Origin: Azolla caroliniana
Taxonomy: Eukaryota > Plantae > Polypodiophyta
Direction of reading: 5' to 3'
Assembly: GCA_043228905.1 (NCBI GenBank)
Contig: JBHGNT010001259.1
Coordinates: 1 to 10,592, forward strand
Length of the DNA: 10,592 nucleotides
Below, piece after piece: positions 1 through 7,624 of this stretch; the first letter of the stretch is position 1, and each line of letters opens with the position of its first letter. The notes under the pieces are model-generated. The model was not told where the DNA came from. It worked only from the letters and a program-made list of their open reading frames with translations, and ran no database searches. The position numbers and the translations under genes are program-made.

Positions 1-183
1 CGATTCATTGGTTTCATCCTTCTCTATTGTTTCTTTCCAAGATGAGAAGATGATTTTTTTTGCATTTTCTCCTATGATACTGCCGTACTGAACTTGAGGC
101 TTCAAATCCACCACTTCCTTAATCTACATTTGTGAAGAGGTCTCTTCTTCCTCAACCATCGTTCACCTCAGTTTTTGTCCCTT

Positions 184-984
184 TTATAGTTTCTCTTTAG
201 CCTCAACTTGCGCCTTTAAGTTCTCGAATGCCTCTCTCATAAAGACTTCTATGTCGAGCATCGTCGAACCTTCCCTCTTTGAGCTTGCTTCCTTTGGTGG
301 TGGCATGTTGTTGCATGTTGTCATCCTATCGTCCCTCATCGGCTGTGACATTGTCGACAATATTCCTATCCTCCTCTTGTCATGTCGTTGGCATACCATT
401 TTCAATTCGGCCCAATTTTCAGTGAGGCCGTTCACACCATTGTCGTCCTTGAGTTGGACTCCAATGGGCGTCCTTTTCTTCCAATCAATCGACTTGACAA
501 ACATTAAGACTTCCCTCGCCCCCACCAATCCTTTTTTCCGTTCCGAGAGTTGAGTGAACCGACACTCAAACTCAATGAATGCATGCATAACACTCTGGTG
601 GGTCTTCCTTGATGACACCCATTGGTCAAACTTGTATAGACTTCGTCCCTTCGGCTCTTCATCATCATATGCCTCTCGTAAAGCTTCTTCGAGGGACACC
701 CACGAATTGTGAGCTTTTTGAAGCTCTTTCATATCTTTGTAGATTGGTTCGGCCACCACTTGACAAAAGTACTCTAGCCTCATTGCTTCATTCACATATC
801 TTGAATCCATTTCGGCATTGTAGGCCTCTAGAAAATTTTGGACTTTGCCTCCATTGAAACAGCTAACTCGCTCGACCATGCTTTCGATGGCTTGTTGGGC
901 TGCATCTCGTCTTTTCCCTTCTCTTGAAAATTCCATTATCATCTTTGACATTGCCTCCATGAGATATTCCTCGTCCATCTTCAT
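184..984 (-). pseudogene. gag: Retrotransposon Gag-like protein, degenerate (further in-frame stops in 1-183)
   Basis: 266-aa ORF starting 16 nt after a PBS. The segment FNGGKVQNFLEAYNAEM resembles FDGKDVSHYLRDFKVEM in the second Trp-primed element (8145-8335). Confidence 0.75.
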
Positions 985-999
985 CCTCCCCTGCCGCTC

Positions 1000-1017
1000 T
1001 TCACGTTGGGTTCACCA
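1000..1017 (-). promoter_or_regulatory. Primer-binding site complementary to tRNA-Trp
   Basis: Minus strand TGGTGAACCCAACGTGAA is a 17/18 match to the complement of the plant cytosolic tRNA-Trp 3' end (TTCACGTCGGGTTCACCA, from memory). It lies 5 nt from the LTR-terminal CA. Confidence 0.85.
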
Positions 1018-1301
1018 AAAGATGTCGCGAAGATGTGCGTGCGTGCGTGCTTTGCTTGAGCGGGACCACCGGGGTCTCGGACCAAGGAGGAAGTTCGCGA
1101 AATTGTCGAAAAGATGACAATGTGTATGTAGGAGTCGAGGAAACTAATGTCACACTTGAGAAAAAAAAAATTAGACTCAAGAAGAAGATAGATTTCCAGA
1201 AGAATATTAAGAAGAAGATTATATTGATGGTGATGAAAATGATATTATATATTGAGCCCCCCATACTCAAGCCCAACTAGAGGATTTTATAGGTCTCTCC
1301 A

Positions 1302-1415
1302 TGCTTGTGACATGCACAAAACCATCGGCTAAAACCATGGTTTTGTGCACACGGTTTTGCTTGTGACATGCACAAAACCATGGACTTAAAACCATGGTTT
1401 TGTGTACACGGTTTT
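1302..1415. repeat. Two-copy 56/57-bp tandem repeat with internal inverted repeats, in U3 just upstream of the TATA box
   Basis: Units start at 1302 and 1358. Perfect 13-bp IR TGCACAAAACCAT (1313-1325) / ATGGTTTTGTGCA (1337-1349). Palindrome AAAACCATGGTTTT in each unit. Confidence 0.9.
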
Positions 1416-1475
1416 GTTTGTTTGCTACCTATGGAATATTGAATATGAGAAGAAAAGAAACAAAATCTAAAGCAT

Positions 1476-1547
1476 GAAGTAGTAGCTTTAGTGGTATGAT
1501 AATTGCCTCTTATCTTAGACGTGCAAGGTTCAAATCTTACTTGCAAC
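1476..1547 (+). other. Degenerate tRNA-like sequence (Pol III A/B-box geometry) inside the LTR, antisense to the element
   Basis: A-box-like TAGCTTTAGTGG at 1483-1494 and B-box-like GGTTCAAATCT at 1527-1537. The T8-to-G53 distance is 45 nt, as in tRNA. Stems pair only partly. Confidence 0.55.
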
Positions 1548-1680
1548 CCTCAATATGCATTGAATGCCAACATGTCCTAGGTTTGTTTATTATTATTTTC
1601 ATTTTTACAAGTATTTGTGTAATGTGCATGTATCCTCAATTTTTCACTTTTTCTCGCATTAAACACGCCACATCACGACA

Positions 1681-2561
1681 GTGGTAATCAATGATGAGAC
1701 GAAGTGATCTATCTTTCTTCTTGACAAAGAAAATGGGTGCACCGGCCGGAGATTTCGAGTGACGAATAAACCCGCTTGCCTAATTCTCTTCTATGTAGGC
1801 TCAAAGAACTTCTAACTCAGTTGGTGACAAGTTGTAAATTGGTCCCCATGGTGGCTCTGTTCCTAGTTGTAAATTGTAGGGACAATCGTAGAGACGATGA
1901 TGAGAAAGAGTATTGGCTTTTACCTTGTCAAATACATCGGCATAAGGATGATATTTCACCGGAAGTTGAACTAAGGATTCCTTCTTAGTATTGCTGGAAG
2001 GATGTACTGATATTGCAAATAGAAACATTGCGTCCTTGCGTCCTTCTTCGCATAATTGATGGAGTGAAATGGTTGGAACTCGATGACTAGATTCTCGGGG
2101 TTGTCGATACCGGACTTCTCTTGTTCTCCAATCTATGTCTGGATTATGTAATTCAAACCAAGGTAATCCCAGGACAATGGGATGCACTAGACTACTAATT
2201 ATATTAAATGATACCACACACACAAAACTACCTAGGACAACCTGAATGGGTTCTGACTCTTCTATAATATTCTCGGAAGCAATTGGACGACCATCAATGA
2301 CTACTACAGATGCGGGGCAAGGAAGTTTTCTTGAGGATATCTAAGAAGCTTGGGCAAAATCCGATCCATGAAACAGGAATTGGCTCCAGAATCTAAAAGT
2401 GCTAAGACGTGTACTGTTGGGGTACTTTTAGTACTAACCATGACTTGGGCTAAGAACACATTGCTAACTTGCTTAGAGGGAATGGAACCACTAATGGGTT
2501 GCACAGATCTAGGGTTGTCCAACCAAACAACTCCTATTTTGGCTGGACTTAGTTGTTTAAC
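1681..2561 (-). pseudogene. pol: Pol fragment: aspartic protease and start of reverse transcriptase
   Basis: ALLDSGANSCF active site, then IVLGLPWFELHNPDIDW, then [56 protein letters not shown], cut at 1681. Frameshift near 2360 and several stops. Confidence 0.93.
2517..2561 (-). promoter_or_regulatory. Putative -1 programmed ribosomal frameshift signal at the gag/pol junction
   Basis: G-TTA-AAC (2561->2555) in the gag frame, one codon before the gag TAA (2551->2549). A 6-nt spacer follows, then an 11-bp stem GTCCAGCCAAA/TTTGGTTGGAC (one G-U). Pol is in the -1 frame. Confidence 0.75.
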
Positions 2562-3394
2562 TCTTCTTCTAATTGACGAAGGATTTCAAATTTGTTTGAG
2601 ATTCCTAGGCTATCAGTACTATTAATACTATCAAACACTCCTAAGGGAATTGACTCGGGTTTAGTACAAGCTACGATTTGATTTACCTGTCTTCTTGGCC
2701 TATGGGGACAGTTGATTGCGATATGCCCTGGTCCACCGCAATAAAGACATAATCGATTTGCACATCATCGTTGCTTTTCTTCTTCCGATAACGGGCCACG
2801 TTGACGCATGGTGTCAATCTCCATCGGTGTCGGAGTATTTGCCTGAGATACATCTTGTGCAAATGGTTTAGCTGCGATTGAGGTGCATGTGGGCTCCGGC
2901 CTAGAGCGTGGTATTTGTAGTAGACGTTCTGAACGTCGTTCGAAAAGGCAGTTACCGCATTGGACTGCTCGACTAATTGCCTCTGTAAGAGACTTTGGTT
3001 CTTCGAGGAAGGGTAAAAGTAAATGTTTGACATCGTTTCGTAGGCCGTAGCAAAACTGCTCCATTAGTGCCTGATCATCCCAGGGAATATCTGAGGCGAG
3101 TAGACGGAAATCTGCCGCGTAGACAGAGGCTGGACGATCGCCTTGACGCAATCGTCGGATTTTGTTGATCGTCGTCATGATGTTGTCGGTATCTCCAAAG
3201 CAGGCTTTACACTCGCTAATAAAGTCTTCAAAGTTATTAAGCAAGGGCGATTGTTTTTCTAGAAGCGGAGCGAACCATGCCAAGGTTGAGCCGCTAAGCA
3301 ACGTGCCTATTAGGTCTACTTGGGATGCATCAGTGGGGTATCGGGAAGGATGCATTTGAATGACTAAGCGTACCTGATTAAGGAATCCTCTGAA
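2549..3394 (-). pseudogene. gag: Gag (capsid plus CCHC zinc knuckle), 5'-truncated, premature TGA at 2765-2767
   Basis: FRGFLNQVRLVIQMHPSRY...LRQGDRPASVYAADFRLLA...TPMEID, then in frame past the stop CLYCGGPGHIAINC. Typical of sushi/PEG10-like Gag. Confidence 0.93.
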
Positions 3395-3481
3395 TATAAC
3401 ATAAGGTCAAGAGCTCGACGCATATAACATAAGGTCATGGGTTTGAGTCTTGCCATATCATGATGATCTCTTTATAGGACA
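3395..3481 (-). repeat. Probable U3 tip of the 5' LTR of the decayed gypsy; rest of LTR, PBS and gag start deleted
   Basis: Starts TGTC on the minus strand at 3481. A B-box-like motif lies about 32 nt from the end, as in LTR 6615-7043, and AGGTCAAGAG is shared with it. 16-bp duplication ATATAACATAAGGTCA at 3394 and 3422. Confidence 0.5.
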
Positions 3482-3974
3482 AGTATGCCCTTTAATTGTT
3501 TAGTTGTAACTGTTCGTGGTATGACTCTTCATATCATACTTTTATTCTTACAATTTATTTATTTTATAATATTATTTTCGTTATATTTTCCAACTATGTG
3601 TGTGTTGTATGTAAGGGATACAGAATACTGACTAGTTCCCATCCTTTGATCACTTGGTTTTCCTATCTGATTGATGTAAGGTCCGTGTATTCATGAAATA
3701 TATCTACTTCATAAATTAGTGAAATCTATTTTTGAATTCATTTGTTGAATTCCCTTTTCTCTTGTGATTGATCTGTGTAATGTAAAGGATTCGAAATTTT
3801 GGTTCCCTTTGAATATCATCTGGTGCAACGTATGTCTCTTCAAGGTTAAATGCTTTCAATTGGCAATTAAAAAGAATGGGATTACCCTCAAAAGTATCTC
3901 CAGGTTGCTGCTATAATCTCAAATTAAAGTTTATAATGAATTCTCGTAGTTCTTGTCTGAGGCGAAGGAGTTGG

Positions 3975-4105
3975 GAGTTGATGGAATGAAATCTCATGGT
4001 TTCTAATTGATTGATGTGAATGAGTTGATGGAATGAAATCTCTCAGTTTCTGATTGATTGATGTGAAGGAGTTGATGTAATGAAATCTCGCGGTTCCTGA
4101 TTGGA
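3975..4105. repeat. 47-bp minisatellite, about 2.8 copies
   Basis: GAGTTGATG(G/T)AATGAAATCTC... recurs at 3975, 4022 and 4069. Confidence 0.9.
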
Positions 4106-4581
4106 TTTTAAGAAGCCTTTGGATCAATGTAGGTTTTGTTAATGATTCTAATTGCTCTCTGTTTGTCCCAATATCATCTCGCAGTAACCATCTTTCATGA
4201 TTATTCATGCTATATAGAGACTTGCTATATAGTATCAAAATGCTAGTTTCATTTCTTCTCCATAAATCAACTAAGGCTTGAAATAAAAAGTGTATATATT
4301 GTTAGTTGATTACATTACTTTCACCAAGCTTATTGATTGTTGTTTCTTGTTGAGATATGCTTTCCTTTCCTGAACAACTTATATATACTAATAAAGTATT
4401 GGAATTCTACACTATGAAGTTGTATTTCTATGTCATGAAAGTGTATTGGTTTTGGTGGTTGTCTACATGTATAACTGAAATAAGTAGGTCTTCTTGTCAT
4501 GGTGAGGAAAATATTACTATATTACGGTGTTTTAAGTGGTCAAAATGGTCTATACGAACAAACAAAAGATTGTAGCAATTA

Positions 4582-4982
4582 TGTCACGAACAAGTAGACG
4601 AGGCTCAATACTAAGAGAGTGAGAGAGAGATCATAGACAAAATAATAAGAAAGAGAAAGAGAGAGAAAGTAGTCAAGAGAGCAAGAACTGAATTATGATT
4701 CCATAACTGGTGTTGAATCCCCTGAAAGGGACCAAGGAGGTTACAAGTATTTATATTGTGAGTTGAAGTACATGCATTAGAATATTCTTGAAAATATTTT
4801 GGAGAATATTCCAGAACCCTCTAGAACCTTCTAGTTCTAGAACTTTCTAAACTCTCCTAGAACATGAATAGATAATATATGAAGATGCACATTACACGAT
4901 TATGTACTTGGATGCGTTGGTTACAATATAACACTTGACTATAATACGAGAGTTCAAATCTTGACATAATTGTTGTCATGTC
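4582..4982 (-). repeat. 3' LTR, missing about 12 bp at its U3 end where a foreign LTR begins
   Basis: Colinear with 6615-7031, with roughly 30 substitutions plus 3 indels by hand count. TATAAATA on the minus strand at 4748-4755. Confidence 0.93.
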
Positions 4983-5365
4983 TGTTAGGAAACAGGTCCC
5001 TCCGGATGGGAAGTGAGAAGAACAGTACTGATGAGCAAACCGGATGTAGTGTACCCGGCTACGGAAGACCCGGTGAGAACCGGATGATGAAGACCCGATG
5101 AGAACCGGATGAGGAGTACCCGGCTACGGATGACCCGGTGAGAACCGGATGACGAGTACCTAGCAAGCGTCGGATGATGCAGGCCCGGTGAGAAGTGCTC
5201 ACCGGATGAAGGGACAAATTTGTAAATATGTTTTTGAGAGTCCATCGAGGCTATATTTGTAAATAGCCGAAAAGTCATATTAGTATAAATATGACTTAGG
5301 GAAAACATATGTGTAGGTTGTTGTTATTCTTGTTTGAATAGATCAGAGCGTGCAACTGTGTACAA
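4983..5365 (+). mobile_element. Truncated LTR of an unrelated, probably copia-type element (right boundary approximate)
   Basis: Begins TGTTAG where LTR-LTR identity stops. CCGG-rich subrepeats (GTACCCGGCTACGGA.GACCCGGTGAGAACCGGATGA at 5051 and 5116). TATAAATA at 5284-5291. No CA end or TSD found. Confidence 0.6.
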
Positions 5366-5652
5366 AGACAATGAGAGAGAGGAAGAGGTCGTTGCCTCTG
5401 TTGTAACTGCCACCTGCGAGCAAGTGAGCGGTTGTGACCCCGACCGGAACTGGGAAAGTGAGCGATCGAAAGCACTCCTCACCAAAACCATGATGCAAAA
5501 TGTTGACAAGTAGTGTTGATAACAACGATGGTTGGGTGAAGAGGTGCTGAAAATGATGATGTCGAAAACAAGGATGTTGATGATGGTAACTTCGGAAGCA
5601 AGGACAGTGATGATGGTAACTCTAGAAGCAAAGGTGATGACGAAGACAGGTG

Positions 5653-6266
5653 GAACACGAACATGAGTGAGAGACCATGTGTGCTCCTCAGCGAAGACAG
5701 GAACACCAACGGACGTGAGCGACCGTGTGCGGTCCTCACCAAGAACTGGAACACCAATGGACGTGAGCAAACATGTGCAATCCTCACCGGAGACATGAAC
5801 ACCAACGGACGTGAGCGACCATGTGCGGTTCTCACCGGGAACTAGAACACCAACGGGCATGAGCGACCATGTACGGGCCTCACCGGAGACACGAACACCA
5901 ACAGAAATGAGCGACCATATGTGGTCCTCGCCGGGAACTGGAACACCAACGAGCATGAGCGACCATGTGCGGTCCTCACCAGGAACTGGAACACCAACAG
6001 GCATGAGAGACCATGTACAGTCCTCACCGGAGACGCGAACACCAACGGGCGTGAGTGACCATGTGTGGTTCTCATCGAGAACTAGAACACCAACGAGCGT
6101 GAGTGACCCTGTACGGTCCTCGTCGAAGACACGAACACCAACGGACGTGAGCGACCATGTGCGGTCCTCACAAGGACACGAACACCAATAGGCGTGAGTG
6201 ACCCTCTACGGTCCTCATTCAATGGGCATGAGCAACCATGTGTGGTCCTCATCGGGAATCGAACAC
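5653..6266. repeat. 48-bp tandem array, about 13 copies, inside the non-autonomous element
   Basis: GAACAC-starting units at 5653, 5701, 5749, 5797, 5845, 5893, 5941, 5989, 6037, 6085, 6133 and 6180, then a partly deleted unit. Consensus is about GAACACCAACGGRCRTGAGCGACCATGTGCGGTCCTCACCGG(GAACTR/AGACAC). Confidence 0.97.
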
Positions 6267-6311
6267 TTGACATCGATGAAGGCTAGGCAAAGCAGTCTTG
6301 ATGACGACACC

Positions 6312-6585
6312 AAGAGGTGTTGAAGATGATGATGTCGAAGACAAAGCAATGAAGACAATGATGTTGAGAGGATGATGATGAGATAGATATGTGAAGGATG
6401 AGAAGAAACTAAAAAATAGAGATGATGATGAGGAGAAACTAAAAGACAGAGACAACGATGAGAAGGAACTAGGAGATAGAGATGGCGAGGAAGATAGGAA
6501 ACGAAGGGATGTTGATGACGGTAACTCTGGAAGCAAGGACGACAACGATGGTAACTATAGAAGCAAGGGTGATGACGAAGATGGG
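6312..6585. repeat. Purine-rich block of about 30-bp subrepeats, partly duplicated at about 5538-5650
   Basis: Units GATGAG.AG.AACTA..AGA.AGAGA and GATGGTAAC...GAAGCAAGG. AAGAGGTG.TGAA.ATGATGATGTCGAA.ACAA and the GGTAAC units occur on both sides of the 48-bp array. Confidence 0.8.
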
Positions 6586-6601
6586 CAATGCTTCTCGTTG
6601 G

Positions 6602-6612
6602 AAGGGATTCAA
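6602..6612 (-). promoter_or_regulatory. Putative self-priming (Tf1-type) primer-binding site
   Basis: TTGAATCCCTT lies 2 nt from the 5' LTR and has no TGG. It is complementary over 11 nt (one G-U) to AGGGGATTCAA (6768->6758), which starts 32 nt from the first T of the TATA box. Confidence 0.8.
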
Positions 6613-6614
6613 AC

Positions 6615-6679
6615 TGTCACGGACAAGTAGACGAGGCTCAATACTAAGACAGTGAGAGAGACATCATAGACAAGATAAT

Positions 6680-6711
<32 letters not shown>

Positions 6712-7043
6712 AAGTAGTCAAGAGAACAAGAACTAAATTATGATTCTGTAACTAGTGTTGAATCCCCTGAAAGGAACCAAGGAGGTTACAAGTATTTATA
6801 TTGTGAGTTGAAGTACATGCATTAGAATATTCTTGAGAAAATTCCAAAACCCTCTAGACCCTCCTAGTTCTAGAACTTTCTAAAAACTCCTAGAACATGA
6901 GTAGATAATCTATGAAGATATACATCACACAATTATGTACTTGGATGTGTTGATTACAATATTACACTTGACTATAATACAAGAGGTCAAGAGGTCAAGA
7001 GTTCCAATCTTGACATAATTGTTGTCGTGTTTGTGTTGTGACA
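6615..7043 (-). repeat. 5' LTR (429 bp) of the non-autonomous element
   Basis: TGTCAC...GTGACA terminal inverted repeat. TATAAATA at 6800->6793. Expanded (AG)n at about 6685-6711. Confidence 0.95.
6943..7020 (+). other. Degenerate tRNA-like cloverleaf at the U3 end of the LTR (second copy at 4910-4971)
   Basis: GGATGTG/CATAATT acceptor-like pairing, CTTG-A-CTATAAT-A-CAAG anticodon-like arm, AGGTC variable loop, GTTC(A/C)AATC T-loop/B-box. Confidence 0.5.
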
Positions 7044-7251
7044 AATTAAGTAGATTTCAAATGTTGATAATCTGGCAGTTGCTATTTGAGCAATTATTGT
7101 TCAATACATGACCTTTTTCTATTGGGAGCAATTTCAACAATTTTGAAATGATATGGAGATATATGTTGGGATCAAAATTTCATTTGTATATTATGTAGTT
7201 TTGTTGAGAATCGTTATCGTCATTGCATTATGTCTTAAATCTGGGTGAAAC

Positions 7252-7624
7252 CACTCACACTATGAATCAAAATGAGCAGATTTTTGAATTAAAAAAGCTC
7301 ACACTATGAATCAAAACTTGCATATTCCTGAATCAAAAACAAACTTATACAGTATGAATAGAAAACTATAGATATCTGAAACAAAAACACTCACACTATG
7401 AATAAAAAACACTCACAGTTTGAATCAAAATAAGCAGATTTCTCAATTAAAAACACTCACACAATGAATCAAAACCTGCGGATTTCTAAATCAAAAACAA
7501 ATTTATACACTATGAATTAAAAACTACAGATATCTTAAACAAAAACACTCACACTATGAAACAAAAGCACTAGATATCCAAATAAAAAGCGCTCATACTC
7601 TGAATCAAAATGAGCAGATTTCTA
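7252..7624. repeat. A-rich satellite of about 21-23-bp monomers with a 158-180-bp higher-order period
   Basis: Monomers CACTCACACTATGAATCAAAA and CAGATTTCTGAATCAAAA-like. TGAATCAAAAT(G/A)AGCAGATT recurs, with its T(G/A)AG at 7273, 7431 and 7611. Confidence 0.9.

Larger units (their letters stand above)
1..1680 (-). mobile_element. tRNA-Trp-primed Ty3/gypsy-like LTR retrotransposon, 5' part (runs off the left edge), nested in the RT of another gypsy
   Basis: On the minus strand the order is LTR (1680->1023), PBS (1017->1000), gag-like ORF (984->184). The LTR edge abuts an RT reading frame at 1681. Confidence 0.85.
1023..1680 (-). repeat. 5' LTR (658 bp) of the Trp-primed element
   Basis: Termini TGTCGCGA...TCACGACA form a 7/8 inverted repeat. 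Minus-strand TATAAAA at 1285-1291. Bounded by the PBS on one side and a truncated RT on the other. Confidence 0.85.
1681..3481 (-). mobile_element. Decayed Ty3/gypsy retrotransposon of Tf1/sushi/Tcn1 (chromovirus-like) type: LTR tip, gag, protease, RT N-terminus
   Basis: Colinear gag-CCHC-PR-RT motifs with stops and a frameshift. The clade is inferred from protein motifs only, since integrase and chromodomain are not in the window. Confidence 0.9.
4582..7043 (-). mobile_element. Non-autonomous LTR retroelement (about 2.46 kb) with both outer ends and a 5-bp TSD
   Basis: Direct repeats start TGTCACG at 4582 and 6615 and the element ends GTGACA at 7043. TSD AATTA at 4577-4581 and 7044-7048. 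Orientation from minus-strand TATAAATA and a downstream CT-rich tract. No gag/pol motifs recognised inside. Confidence 0.92.

Noticed and set aside
1069-1084. Minus-strand TGGTCCGAGACCCCGG as the PBS
   Set aside because: It lies inside the LTR and is not preceded by a CA terminus. The Trp PBS at 1000-1017 fits much better.
251-1280. Short plus-strand ORFs and the hydrophobic minus ORF 1001-1276
   Set aside because: Antisense shadows of gag or low-complexity LTR sequence.
1476-1547. Functional tRNA gene (also 4910-4971 and 6943-7020)
   Set aside because: D, anticodon or T stems are too degenerate, so these are called tRNA-like only.
2683-3033. 116-aa minus-strand ORF overlapping gag
   Set aside because: Alternative frame of gag. 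The zinc knuckle is in the main gag frame past a premature stop.
3924-4575. ORFs 3924-4238 (minus) and 4357-4575 (plus) as host exons
   Set aside because: AT-rich, one crosses a 47-bp (non-triplet) repeat, and no motifs or convincing splice structure were seen.
5370-5387. Purine run ATGAGAGAGAGGAAGAGG as a polypurine tract
   Set aside because: Wrong strand for the minus-oriented host element and not adjacent to an LTR start.
5653-6266. CRISPR-like array
   Set aside because: Units are head-to-tail with no unique spacers, there are no cas genes, and the context is a eukaryotic retroelement.
5324-6630. ORFs of 226, 118, 126, 98 and 79 aa as real genes
   Set aside because: They follow from stop-poor 48-bp and 30-bp repeats, are open on both strands and show no recognisable domain. 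Kept only as a hypothesis in findings.
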